64,000 bases of DNA from positions 34,224,001 to 34,288,000 of the forward strand of contig NC_135893.1 in assembly GCF_964194155.1 (NCBI RefSeq), given 5' to 3'. Below the pieces are notes generated by a model. That model was given only the letters and a program-made list of their open reading frames with translations. It was not told where the DNA came from and ran no database searches. A program made the translations under genes and the position numbers. This document shows, one piece after another, positions 1-13,025 of the stretch; within the stretch, counting starts at the first letter, position 1; each line of letters starts with the position of its first letter. The DNA is from Cetorhinus maximus. Lineage: Eukaryota.

Positions 1-1060
1 CCTCCTCTCACATGGTACTTTGTTGAATGCCTTCCAACAGATGTCATATACAACATCTACTTTTTTATTATTCATTTACGGGATATGGGCATTGCTGCTA
101 GACCATCATTTCTTGCCCATCCCTAATTGCCCTTGAGAAGGTGATGGTGAGCTGTCTTTTTGAACTGCTGCAGTCCAGATGGTGTAGGTACACCAACAGT
201 GCTGTTAGGGAGGGAGTTCCAGCAATTTGGCCCAAATTTCTCTGTTACCTCATGAACAAATCCAATTATTTCCCTTTAACAACTCCATGCTGGTTCTCCT
301 TTTACGAAGTGAAGGTTAATCTTGCCCCTGATAATGGTTTCCAAAAACTTCCCCGCTGCCGATATCAGGCTCCCTGGCCTATAGTTTCCTGGTTTATCCC
401 TTTCCTCTTTCTAAATAGTGGTATAACATCAGCAACTCTCTGGTCCTCTGGTTCAACTCCTGTGGCCAATGAGGATTGTAAGATTGTGATCAATGACTAT
501 TTATTGTACCTTTGCTTCTTTCAAAACCCAGGATGCATTTCATCTGGACCAGGTGACTTAGCAACATTCAGTAATCCTAATTGTTACTTATTACTATCCT
601 GTCCATAACTTCCCCTCCCTTCTTTTAGTGTAACCTTCACATCATCCACTTCCTTTATGAAGACAGGTGAAAAGTGCACTTTTAACACTCTTGCTAAGCT
701 GTCCACCTTGGCATGACGATTTCCCGTTTGGATCCCTAATAGGACCGACATTTTCCCTAGCAAGTCCCTTACACTTTACACATTTGTAAAATGTTTTCAG
801 ATTCAATTTAATGTCGCCTGCTAATCTTTTCTCGTAATTTTTTTTGCCTCCTGCATTAAGATTTTGAATTCCCTCCTGTATTTTCCATAATCTTCCTGGT
901 TATTAATTGAATCTTGCTCCTGACATTTATCTTATGCCGCTTTTGTCTGTTTTATTTTAACTTTGATTTTTGTCATCCAGGTCTCATTTATATGGATGCT
1001 CCAAATTTTCCCTTCAAAGAAATGTGTCTAGTTTGTGCCTGAATTATCTGTTCCCTGAAT
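1..1060 (-). mobile_element. Old, degraded CR1 LINE ORF2 fragment interrupted by a LINE 3' tail (about 60-225)
   Basis: Minus strand of 1-60 resembles the CR1 RT motif VDVVY..F.KAF.KVP. Bases 226-560 resemble upstream ORF2 (KSPGPD..HP, NYRP). 60-225 matches the L2-like tail seen at 22290 and 36720. Confidence 0.65.
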
Positions 1061-1510
1061 GTCTCCTTACTGATCTACCCTACAATTTAGTTTCTTCAAA
1101 ATACCTATCCTAAGTCCCTAGGCACCGCCCATATCCTATGACCATATCCCAGCACCTTCTGTTATCTGTGTTCAACGTATCATCCTGTAGACTTCTCTTT
1201 GTTTCTTCTGTACTTCCTCCTGGAAACAGGCACGATGAGTCAATTCGCCTCCTCGTGCTTTAAGAGTTTGTGGATTGATGTCTTTAGGCTAGTGCTTAGG
1301 AGAGTGCAAGTGATCAATGGTGAATGCAAGATGAACTAGTAATAATGCAAAACCAAAGTATTATATAAAAGTAAGGGACAGAAAGGGGGACTGAGTTATG
1401 TCTTCAAGCCCTGGTCAAGTTAAACCCCTGTCACTCATTATTCACTCATTCTTTGTTTCTTACATGTTTTTCTTTTTTTTTAATGCTACTGTCTGACTGA
1501 AATGATCTTT

Positions 1511-2212
1511 GGGCAGAAATCTCCCTTTGGTGAGCGGGGGCGGAGCCCGCTCACCGAGGCGTAAAATGACGCACAGTGACGTCAGGCGGGCATCCTGACA
1601 TCACCGCGCATCACTTAGATTGTCAGTTCAGCGGGCCGACGTGGCTGTGTGCCCACCGAACTGTCAAAGACCTATTAAGGCCATTATTAAACTAATAAAA
1701 GTTGTTAAGGATGTTGCCCGTCCAACCGTAAGGTTGACGGGCAGGCGAAGAGCCCAGGCGGCCTGCAGAAAAAACACGAAACCTCATCCACGGGTGGGAT
1801 GAGGTTTCATGGGGGATTTAAAATTTGTGTTACATTTTTAATAAAAGTAATTGACATGTCCCAGCTCATGTGATAGTGTCACATGAGGGGACATGTGAAT
1901 AAAATTTTTCACATTGTTTATTATCTTTTTAAAAGTAACACTGATCTCCCTGAGGCAGCACTTTGCCTTAGGGAGATCTGTGCGCCCTTTTGTGCGCATG
2001 CACGAAAGAGCACATTCCCAGCTCAGGGAATTGCCAACCCCGCCTGCACAGAGAGCGCATAGTGCTTCCTGGCACACGTCATGCTGGGCAGGCCTTAATT
2101 GGCCCGCCCACATAAAATGGCGGCAAGCCCCCAACCAGGGGTGCCGATCGGGGACCCGCCTGCTCGCGCCCGCTCCCGCACAACCCCCTCCGACAGAGGG
2201 AAAATGCTGCCC
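1511..2212. mobile_element. Harbinger-type MITE
   Basis: Termini GGGCAGAAAT...ATGCTGCCC, flanked by TTT on both sides (3-bp TSD). The internal sequence resembles 26700-27030 and 48485-49141. Confidence 0.8.
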
Positions 2213-3372
2213 TTTGAGATCATTTAAAAATCCTTTTCTTTTAAGTAGGTTTATGGTCATTCCACCAGCCAGTTTGCTCTCTGCGTGCAGTAATATTTTT
2301 CAACGTCCTCTCACTTTGATCACCCAAATCGAGGGAAATTTTTCCTTATTTTCATTCCTCAGTTTTGGAAGTGGGGAGCCTCCCTGAAACGTGTGTTAGC
2401 GCTTTCTGTTTTTCCCTTTCTACTTCTCCAACTGGGAATAGAAAGAGGATGCAATTATGTATGCAAACCTCATCTTACCAGAGGCAAGATTGCCTTCTCA
2501 TCCCCTCTTGTCAGTCAATGGGACCACCTTGAGGGCTGAAATAAGATCCACGCTGCAGTCAATTGACGGTAGAATCTTTTTTTGTGTAGCATAGGAAGTC
2601 ATTAAAATTTGAGATTGGATTTTGAAGGGTAGCAGAAAGCCACATTAGAAGCAATTATGGCAGAAGGCGGGATGTATAGAGTTGCTCAAGTGACACCATA
2701 GAAATGTATGTCAGTGACAGTTTGGGTGACAACCATAGAAAATCATTTTCTCTGGCAAATCACTTCCACAAAAATGATAAATCTGAAGTAGTTCTCTTGT
2801 AATTTTACTTCAGACCCCAAGAGGAAAAACCTCGAAAAAGATTAACACCATATCTAAAATGTCTCACTGAAGATATTTAAAGGTTTCAGACACCTCCACA
2901 AAAGGAAAGAATGGATGTCTGCTCAGATCTCTCTCAATTTACTTTATCTTATTCAGCATTAATAGAATTATGGAGGAGATTTAAAAGTGCCTGGCCCAGT
3001 GCAAAGTCAACTTAAAAGCTCAGATGTGTCTATACTGCATGGACTATGCTGCACAGGAGTGGATTATAATTTTTTGGATATTGGTATTTGGGCCCAATTG
3101 ATAGATTGGAGCTTGGAATTGCTTCCAAGGCTGGCAGATAGAGTAAAGCTCTCAAGAACAGAATGAAAGATGGGACGGAAGTGTCAGAAATGGTATTAAA
3201 AACCTGAGAGAACCTGAGAGATCTGTAAAATAAACTAGAGTCCCTGTACTCCAGTCGTTATGAAGGATGCAGCAATGAGTGGGGTGGTGTTGGTAATTAA
3301 ACAGAACAAGCTCCATTGAATTCTACTTGGACATGTCACTGGGACCATTGGACAGAACAACACAAAAGCCAA

Positions 3373-3700
3373 GGGCAGAATTTACCGCTCACACCAGCGG
3401 CAGGAATCATGGCGGGCGGGGGAACAATGTTTGACATGGCGGCTAAAGTCTGTTTCCCACCAGCAGGAAATGAGTTTGGAACTTTGATGGCAGCTCGAGT
3501 GTCCTGCTGATTTATGTGGGGAACCCCATCTGCATTCATTTACATCTCATTAAAAGGCCAACTTGCCAAAACTACATCACCCCCTCCAAATTAAGTGCCC
3601 CACCAGCGGATTATTAGAACAATTTATTTCCTGATGTATATAAATGTCATGCACCTGGCGAGCTCTGCTTCATCTCGAGGTATGTAGACACTGCTTTTGT
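3373..3700. mobile_element. Left end of a degraded Harbinger-type non-autonomous element
   Basis: Starts GGGCAGAATTTACC like the other Harbinger termini here. Matching right end not found. Confidence 0.45.
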
Positions 3701-5542
3701 CTACCTTTAAGAGCGGGGTTGTGAAATTTGTGTTCTTGTACCACAAGCCGTATCAAAGCTGTACAGGAAACACAGGGTCTCAGTGTATGGGGAAGGGAGG
3801 GGGAGTACCATAGAGGGCGGGGTCATTGGTGTCAACGGTGGATTCCTGGGGGGTCAACTCAGGGTACTGGTGGTAGGAGGGAACAGCCACAGTCAGAGGG
3901 TGAAGTGGGATGAGGTAGGGTGGGAGGTCCAGGTTAAGAACCTGGTAGGTGAAGGTCTCATTGGATGGGTCACAAAGGCTCACAAGACTGGTGACTTGGA
4001 TAACAGAGCAGGGGAAATGTCAGGGTGGGCATGGGTTAATGAAAGTAGGCATTGATCACAATCTTACAGGGCACAGGAGTTGAACTAGAGGGCTGGAGAT
4101 TTGCTGATGTTATACCACTGTTTAGAAAGAGAAAAGGGGTAAACCAGGAAACTACAGGCCAGGCAGCCTGACAACAGGTGTCGGCTCTGAGTGGAGGGAG
4201 GCATGTGGACGTGGATCGTTATAGTGTCCAAAGTAATGGGGGGTAGGTTCAAGGGTGACAGAGGGGAGAGGAATGGCGATATTTGTTGGGCAATGGGTGG
4301 AAGTTGGGGGGGTGACAGGGAGAGGGTAGAAGGTGGTGGAGCCTGTCTGCAAAGTTACATGCACCATTTTCTGAAGGCTGGTCTTGACAATACAGTTGCC
4401 CTGGACGTCTGTATCCTCAAAGTGGGAGGAGGGTCATTTTGGGTGGGTGGAGTTCAAGGTCAGCACAGGTGGCCGACTAAAGACACACCATAATAATTAT
4501 GGGGCGACTGGATGTCAAAGATGCTCAGTTGTGTTCTCCTCTCTATGGTGAAGCCCGCATTGTATCAGGTTTGTTCCCAACTCATGAGACTCATAAGATT
4601 GAGATCCCAGCAAGGTCAGGAGCTGCTGCTCATTCTCTACCATTTGCCATCAGGTTCAGTCAGAGGCAGGGATGAAGAGAGGGAGGGAGGTGGATGTCTC
4701 CAATGGGCACGGCTGGTGGAGGGCACCAACTCACAACTCCAAATCTCCATCCTCCCAGGTGAATGATCATGGCTGACAAGGGATCATGCAATTGGTCTAA
4801 TGCTGCCAAGGCAACGATCTCTATAGAGTACCGAGGGTGGAGGAGACAAGTGAAAAGGTATCCGAGTGAGACATCCACCTCCCTCCCTCCCTTCATCCTT
4901 GCCTCTGTACATAATATTAGTTGACCCCGCCTTGGTGCCGTGCAAAGGCAGTGTGATCTTCAAATGAAAGGGTATGGAAGGCAGGGATAATTATACCAGG
5001 AAATGCAGAAGTATTCATTCACCATTTTGAAGTCATGCATTCGGGCCTTCTGCTGCGACAATTAAATTTGAATCCATCAGCTCAGCAGTGATCATGGAGC
5101 TGAATAAACTCACTCCACTACTGTCAGTTCTGAACAGACCTGGCTGCTTCTGTCACCTGCCTCCCTTTATGTGACAAGTTACTCTTAAAATTGTCCTTCT
5201 AATGCTTCCTTACACTCTTTTGGTTTTTTGTTCCATTTAGTTCTCGACATAAGGCTGTGAAAGCCGTTTACATTTATGAAAAGTGCCCAAACTGTCATGT
5301 CCATCTTTTTTGCATCTTCTGCATTCCTATTGTTTCCTGTCCGTGCTCTTACTGAATCATTCTTCATACTTTGCATTGTGGATACTCCAGGGGCTCTTCT
5401 CTGCTCTACTCTCTGCTCTTACTATCTTTTGCACGTCAAATGTTCTTACATTCCAATATTTGGATCCATATGATAACATTTTACAGAATACTTTGACAAA
5501 ACATGGAGACATTTGAGAAACAGCATTTGTTGCAGACTAGAA

Positions 5543-6251
5543 GGGCAGAATTTTCCTAGCCTGGAATGGCAGAAATGGAAGCAAGGGGTCCGGGAAAATA
5601 ACAGGGAGTCACACAAGGCAGTTGCCTGATGCATTCCCACCACTGGGTCAGACAGGAATGTGGATCGACTGTTAGCTGCCAGGTGTCAGGCAGCCAATTT
5701 AAATATTTAAGGCCCCACTTAGGGGCGAGTCCAAGGGCCCATTTGCATTTTGCCAGTGGCAGAGCAGCCTCCTGCTGTGTGTGAAAACCATCACCTCCAT
5801 GGAAGCAGCCTCGCTGCAGCGGGTTGGGGAGGGGGGTGTCCTTTGGAGCCTCACAGTCCACCCCACAATGAAGGGGGCTGCAGGCAGCTAAGGCCACACC
5901 CATGCCCCAAACATTGCCACCAGAGGCATTTCCCCTCCTTTCAGAGGAGCCTCCCAGCTTGGTCTCTTAAAATATATAATTATTTGCATTCCTCTGCGGG
6001 TGTCTCCATTTTGAGGGGCCCTTGTGTTCTCCTGCCTGCTTCAGCAGCACCCACATCTCCTGGTGAGGGGGCTGAGGCTCTAGAGCTGCTGGTCGTCTGA
6101 CTGGCCCAGCAGCATCAGGAGGCCATCCACTCTCCATAATTGGACGGTGAGCTTGGAGGTGGCCAATTAAGATGCTACCTCCAGAAAAACAACTCCCTCA
6201 TTCCATTTGGTCTCGACTTTGGAGTCCCAAAGCCCGAGGAAAATCCTGCCC
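5543..6251. mobile_element. Harbinger-type MITE
   Basis: TIR GGGCAGAATTTTCCT...AGGAAAATCCTGCCC. Flanks GAA/AAA are an imperfect 3-bp TSD. Confidence 0.75.
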
Positions 6252-6910
6252 AAAGTTTCTGTGAAGTACAAACCTGAGGACCTGGGAGGTCAATCTGAGG
6301 AGCTACAACACCACCACTGGCAGGAGGATATAATTACAGCATGACAAGTCTGCAATGGCAGATTGCCTGATGAAGTTTGACAAGGTAAGCGTAGGCGGAT
6401 ATAAAATTCCTAATATATTATCATTTGACTTCTCTTGATTCATTATTTCCTGTCACTCTCACATGAAAACCTATTTGAATTGCATTTCTGCAATCAAATC
6501 ACCCGACTGAAAATCTTTAAGAGGTAGTAGCAAGTACACAGACAAATGCTACCTGTTAAGAATTGAACAAGTGTCTCTGTTAATGACCTTAGCTCATTCA
6601 TACCATCCGGAAAGTGGCAAAAAAAAATCATTGGCTCTGCGCAATTAAATTGAAAATGAGCCAGGAAAATCAATCAGCTAATTAAGCTGAATAGAGGTGT
6701 CTTATTAATTAAAACTGTTTCCATTGAACAACTCTCAGTATTAACACTCTTTGTTATTTTGTTCAGAAATGCGGTGACTTCCAAGGTTCACAAGAATGGC
6801 TGCTAAGTTGAGTCCATGACTAGAACAAGGCAGCTAAGAGTCAAACACCTAAAGAAAGGATGGGGGAGAATTAGACAAAGTTATGGAAAAAGTGATAGGG
6901 ACACTTCATC

Positions 6911-7927
6911 GGGTAGAATCTTCCTTTGGGCTTGGGAAAACCCAACCTGTACACTTTTGCGGCTCAGAGACTGCACACTCGGCCCATGTGTGACTTCACA
7001 TGCTATTTTTGTCTCTTCACAATGGGGTGGTGTTTGCAGTGCAGTTTGTGAGCTCTGAGCCAGTTCAGGAGGAGGGTGGCTGCAGAGCCAGGTTGGTTCA
7101 AGGGCCCACTAATTTCTCCAACAGAGTATCCTAACTCCCACAGTGTTTCAAGTCAGCCTAAAATCTTACCTCTCACCTCCTCACCCATCTCCATGCCCGC
7201 CCATAACCCTCAGATTGTCATGCTACCACATGCCACTTTTATGTCCCCTTGTACCCTTTATGCGCCCGCAAATCACCCATGGCACCTCATGTCACCTCTA
7301 TGACTCCTATGTATCCTCCATTGCTATTCAGCCAGTATGCACTGCTTACAGTCCTCAGCTTCCATGCATATCAATGGAAACTCTTTTATATTCCTCGGAA
7401 AAAAATAAATCTCGCATCATCTAATAACAGCCTCCATCAAACACAGTATCATTGAAACTAAGGGAAAAAATGCATTCTGCCATGTGAATAAAAAATCCTT
7501 CTAGGTCTTATAATCCTAGTCATACCTAGCACAAAGGAAAATGGTTGTGGTTGTTGGGGGTCAATCATCTCAGTCCCAGGACTTCGCTACAGGGGTTCCT
7601 CAGGGTAGTGTCCTAGGCCCAACCATCTTCAGCCAAGTCAACTCCCTTGGTGCCTGAACTGTGCCAGTGCCAGTGCCATTGGCCCAGTGCTGCAATTTAC
7701 CACCTACCCTTAGGCAGGCACCCAAACAGAGGTGGCAATCCAGCTGGAAGCTGGGCTGGGAAAAAAAATTGCAATTAATAGACTCGGGAGAACTAGCTGT
7801 GGTTGGGACAGGCCACCTGGTGGCAGGGGGGTGAGGGGAGGGGTGCAGTGGGGATGTTTGGGAGGGAGTAGGATTCCTGTCATGCCAAAGATGTGCCAGG
7901 ATTCTACTAATGTTGAGAATCCCGGCC
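6911..7927. mobile_element. Degraded Harbinger-type non-autonomous element containing a short internal LINE RT fragment (about 7520-7633)
   Basis: Termini GGGTAGAATCTTC...GAGAATCCCGGCC. 7520-7633 is nearly identical to the LINE RT segment at 51877-51990 (GVPQGSVLGPTIFS). Confidence 0.55.
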
Positions 7928-8476
7928 TCTCTGTCAATACGTGGACATGAAGACTGACCATTTGTGGTTGGAACTGGAGAGTAATGGCTACCCATAGGCC
8001 AGCAAGGAACAGGGATTTCAGGAGACAAGACAGAAAATGAAGCATTGTTTGCAATTTGACAGAGCTATTTTCCTAAACAGCAATCAACCGTAAAAATCTT
8101 TATTTTTTCAATGCAAATGGCCTGCAGTACCGAAAGAAATAAAACTTCCTTGGATTAATAAGAGCTGCTTTACAGCACCAATAATTCCCATTTTATCACA
8201 GCGGAATAGCTCTCAGACATTTGACAATAACATTTGCAATCTTATTAAACATCCGACATCCTTTGAAAATTTACGATTAACAGATTGTGCTAGAGGATAC
8301 CCATTGCATTGATTCTTTTCCCAATGTTTCCGAAGTCTGTTGGCCATTAGTTTTTTTTTGCTAAAATCACATTGCTTACATTTAATGTTACCTTTCCCAA
8401 CTGGGGCTAAATTCTTTAATTTTTCAGTCGGTCGTTAAGAAACCTCTAAAATATAAATCTGACACTGAAACACTAA

Positions 8477-11102
8477 GGCCTGGATTTTTACAATGATAGA
8501 GAGTTTGTCTATAATTGTGAAATGGTGGAGGAAGCTGAAATCCGAATGTCTCGCTAGCCCCCACCCCCCCCCACCCCCCACCCCCCCCCACTCCCAACAC
8601 AGCACCTACCATTTTCGTTGGGCAGGAATGTATACAGGTCGAGATTTGCACATGTGTGTTTCATGGAGGCAGCTGCTCAGATAAAACAGCAGCTGTCCCA
8701 ATCATGTCTGATTTTTGTTAGACAGGTGTGGAAACATGATGTGTGCAGATGAGACCTGGTAGGAACAGGTCTAAACTTTGCAGAGTCTTTTGGAAGGTGG
8801 GGTAACCTTTTGGTGAGATAGGATACCCCTTCGGATATAGTCTTGGGCCACATTTGAGGGAGGCACTGTTCTGGAGGGGTTAGGTGTCCTTTGGGATAGT
8901 TAAAAGTGGACATGAATGCGCTTAAAAAGTGTATAAACTCATTGGAACTGTCATGAAAGCTGTCAAAAGAAACTTTCAAAAGTGTCAAAAATAGCTGGCA
9001 AAAGGGACTGTCAAAAGGCAACTGTTAAGCTACCAAAATATTTAAAACTTCCCTTTCAAATCTTTGAAAAATCTGTGTGGAATGTTAAAGAATCATTGCT
9101 TGCTATACACTCTGTTGACATAAGCCTGAGGGCTATCATTACTGGATTAGTACTGCATGGGTGATTTCACAACCTTCCATTATCACAACAGGGTGCCTGC
9201 CATTTCACAGGTTGACTTGTAGCTACAAGTCATTATAAACTCTTTGAAGTGGGACTGTGAATTCCAATGTTTGTTTTTATAGGGGATTAAGCACCTGAAT
9301 GAAATGTGCGTTTTATAAGGAATTATGTTGAAGGAAAGTAATTAGTTTTTATGAATTAGTTTTTATGAATTAGTTTTTAAAAATAAAGTCTGCAGTAGCC
9401 ACTTAGAACTTGTTAGGAAATAAAGATAGTTTAAGTATGTCCTATTTGTATTTGTGGGTGTTAGGAATGAGTTTTAGCTTTGAAGTTTAAGTTTGATTTG
9501 TATTTCTGTATCTGTGTGTTAAGAAAGGTCAAATGGAGTTTTAGTTTCATTTTAAAAGGCTGCTTGCATTTCTAGTGAGAAGTTTACAACCCCTACAAAG
9601 TAAAAGTAAACACACAAGAGTAGAAAGAATAGTGCTGTTGCCTAGCAACAGGGGGGCCATGTAGGCAGGTTCCTCCCACAGACATACACACAGAACTAAA
9701 GAAACAGCAGTTTTAAGTTCAGTTGGAGCCAGGACCCCAGAGAGACTGGACACTGGGAGAAGGAACTGCAGATTTCCCAAAAGAACAAAAAGGCCTAAGC
9801 GAAGAAAAAAAAATCCAGGAAAATCCAGGAGAGTGGAGGGGTGGAAAATCCAAAGGAGGCCTTGTAGTCAAAGGAAGGAGAGGAACTGGGAACAGGTCCT
9901 GTTAAGTGAAGTTAAGAATAAGAGGCAGAGAGAAAGGCTACAAGCTTCAGATTTAAACTAAGAACAGCCTGCAAGGAGGTTCAAAGAGACAACTGAAAGT
10001 TTGTAACTCTTTGCTATGGGCATGTAAAGCAGTGGTGTACTGTTAAGGCTGAGTTGGTGAGAGAGAGTGCATGGAAGACAGCTTGAATGCACATGGTGAT
10101 CCAGGGGAGGGGAACATCAGGAGGAGAGTTCAAAACTCTGGAGGTGAACCCTTGTGAAAGGTGTCTAAGAGAAAACATCAGTTCGGGAGAAGATTCCAAG
10201 GCGAGGTTTTGGAGAGTGGAGATTGGAAACCCTCGAGTGAAAGACAGAGCACAGTGAGACTGGTTGGCTCAAGGTGTGACAAGCGTCTGGGGGAAGTTGA
10301 GGAGAGATCCATAGCATCTGGTTGAGATGACATCTGTCACCTGGTTTCAGAGTGTGGTGTCACTACAGGTTGCAATAGGTTTACATGGACTGTGTATTTA
10401 TTGTGAACTTTAAAGTATAAGATGGATTTTGTAACTTGTGTTATCCTTACAAATCTGTATATATCTGTAAAGGTATAGTTGTGGGCGGAGGAGTATTATA
10501 ATATAGTTCATCTTTTCTTGTTGAATAAATGTTTTATTCTTTTGTAAAAAGTTCATCAGCTGACTCCTGTGACTCAGTTCAGTAGCTACTCTCCACATAT
10601 CCACACAAATAATTAAAAGTTAGGATCTATCAAGCTGGGTTCCACTCTGGGATCAGACTTGCCCAGCGGTAACCTCAGCTGGGGATTGTAACTAACTTTA
10701 TTTTATTTCATCTCAGCATGGGTGTTGAGGTCTGCCCCTGGTGGATACTGGATGAGTTGGCATGGGGGTGTAAAGGGCAAAGAGTGGTGGGTGAGGGCAT
10801 GGATTGGCATAAGTTGGCACTAAATTGGCATAGGGGCTACAGGAGCAATGGGGGTGGGTAGATGGGCATAGGTTGGCATGGAATATGATGGACCATGGGG
10901 TGGGTGGGGTCATGGGGTGGAATTAGTTGGTATGGATTGGGCATGGGGAGCTTGTGGTGGGGATGAGGGGGGTGTGATGGGTAAGGGCTGGATTCCAGGA
11001 CAGTTTCTCCCGGTTTGGGTTTGCAGAGCAGGGAGTTATCCTGATCCCGCACTCCTGACCCGGAAGCGACAATTCAGGCCTAAGTTTTCAAAGAAAATGC
11101 CC
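8477..11102. mobile_element. Degraded Harbinger-type non-autonomous element, split by a solo LTR
   Basis: GGCCTGGATTTT-like left end and GAAAATGCCC-like right end, with GC/G-rich subterminal blocks like the other MITEs. Confidence 0.4.
9411..10693 (+). mobile_element. Solo LTR (Gypsy/ERV type), about 1.28 kb
   Basis: Begins TGTTAG and ends TGTAACT (a mutated ...ACA). Flanked by a perfect 4-bp TSD AACT (9407-9410, 10694-10697). AATAAA near 10524. Confidence 0.8.
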
Positions 11103-11629
11103 ATCCATTCCAAAGACTTTGGTTCCATGGTGCCAAGTTTATTAATAATGGATCAAGAGATTTGCAATGGATTTTCAACTTCAACAAAAGCAAACATCGG
11201 AACGACAATGTGGACTAATCTTTGACTCTTTCCCATCTTGTCTCTGTTCCAGTTTGGGACTTAATAAAAATGAACTGCTCCTATTGTTGTCCTGTATATG
11301 TGAGCTAACAGCCGCTAGAGCTGACGTTCAGCTTTTTAACCCTGTGTCAGCATATCAGTGTTTTATGAGAAGAATCACCTTTCCTCTCATGGATTGGAGG
11401 CTGTTGCCATGGACAAATTAAAGGACTGAAGGCTGAGGGAGCATGTCTTTTTCTCACTGTTGATTGTGTACTGGCCTCACGCAGGGTTGGTTTAAGATGA
11501 CCTGATGACTTCTACAACCCATTGTTACCCGTGCTCTTACTTTGTATTTGCTCCAAAGCAGTTGTAAATAATAAAAATGCCTTTAAAAAATCAGCCTTTA
11601 ATAACTCCCAGCTCATACGTGTTTTAACA

Positions 11630-12215
11630 AATAAAAATGAGATAGGAGTTGGGGTAGGCTGCATGGCCCTGTCAAGCCTGACCTGCCATTCAATAGAATT
11701 ATAGGTGATCATTTACTTCAGCTCCACTTCCTCACACTATCCCCATATCCCTTAATTTCCTCAAAAATCTATCAATCTCACTCTTGAACATACTCATCAA
11801 CTGAGCATCCACAGTTCTCTGGAGTAGAGAATTCCAAAGAGTCACAACCCACGAATTGAAGAAATGTCTCCTCATCTCAGTCCTAAATGGCTGACCCCTT
11901 ATGCTAAAATTATGGCCTCTAGTTCTGGACTTTTCCAACCAGGGGAAAGAGCCTCTCAGCATTTTACCCTGTCAAGGCCTCGAAGAATTTTATACATTTC
12001 AATGAAATTACCGTTCATTTTGATAAATTACAAAGCACATAGGCCCATTCAACTCAACAATTCCTCATAGGACAATACTTTCCAATCCCTGGAATCAATC
12101 TAGTGAACATTCGTTGCCCTCTCTTCAGCCAGTATATCCTTTCTTAGGTAAGGAGACCAAAATGATGCATCTGGTGTCACCAAAGCCCTGTGCAGTGGCA
12201 GCGAGACATTCTTAT
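11630..12215 (-). mobile_element. CR1 LINE 3' fragment
   Basis: ORF2 C-terminus SRTRGHN..IRGQPFRTEMRRHFF..VV.LWNSL, followed by the CR1 3' UTR. Confidence 0.9.
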
Positions 12216-12244
12216 TCTTAAAGTCCAAGCCCCTTACAATAAAA

Positions 12245-12553
12245 ATTCCTCCGCCTTCAGGTACCAAGCCCTAAGAGGGTATTGGCAACCATGGACTTCC
12301 ATTGGATTGGTCCATGATTATGCTTGGGAAAGCACGGCAGCGGTTTGCCATTGCCTTTTGCAGTATAGCTGGCCAGGAAACTCTCCCGCTGTCACCGCCT
12401 GCCATCAGGCACACTGGAAGGATTTACAGGCTGATAATCAACCTGTCTGGTCACATTATGAATGCACCTTCCGTGGTCACCAAGTTCTGAAGTGGGACTT
12501 GAACCCGGAGCTTCTGGTCCAGAGGTAGGGATGCAACACAGTACCACAAGACA
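12245..12553 (-). mobile_element. tRNA-derived SINE with an RTE-type body
   Basis: Minus strand has a B-box (GGTTCAAGTCCC) head and the motif GGCAATGGCAAACCGC typical of RTE-related SINEs. Confidence 0.6.
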
Positions 12554-12699
12554 TGCAATAAAACCTATTATACTATATTCTTTCCTACAGCTGGTGATTT
12601 CTTTCTGCTAACAATAGAAGTGATATTATATATATTTATATGATTTATTCATCTATGTGTATCATATATGTTATATCTATCTTTCAATCATCATTACTA

Positions 12700-12880
12700 A
12701 AATAGATTATCTGTTAATTTCCATATTACTGTTTGTGGAAGCTTGCTGTGCACAAATCTCCTGCCAAGTTTCCTACATTTAAACTGTCACCACACTTCAA
12801 ATGTACTTAATTAATGTGAAGTACTTTAGGATATCCTGAGATTGTGAAAGGCACCTTATAAATGCAAATTTTTCTTCCTT
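12700..12880 (+). mobile_element. DeuSINE (SacSINE1-like) 3' part
   Basis: Tail gattatctg...gtttgtgg.agcttgctgtg...gtgaaaggcaccttataaatgcaa. Confidence 0.7.
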
Positions 12881-12917
12881 TATTAGACGGTCGCTTGGTA
12901 GCACAGAGCTTGAATAT

Positions 12918-13025
12918 TGCTGAAAAGAGAAACATGTTGCTGAAGCTTTTCAGCTTGCACTCATCAGGACAAATGCAAGAATGCCAAATTTCAAACCATC
13001 ACCACAATTTATGCTGCAGGAGAAA
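12918..13025 (-). mobile_element. Penelope-like terminal remnant with a degenerate hammerhead motif
   Basis: Minus strand reads gtcCTGATGAgtgcaag..GAAAagcttc, i.e. a hammerhead core with a palindromic stem III. Confidence 0.5.

Noticed and set aside
141-608. 155-aa ORF and other antisense ORFs over LINEs and MITEs (e.g. 1914-2387)
   Set aside because: They are shadow frames of repeats with no independent protein signature.
2814-3300. Possible exon after the ttttacttcag acceptor
   Set aside because: All three frames hit stops within about 25 codons and I recognise no homology.
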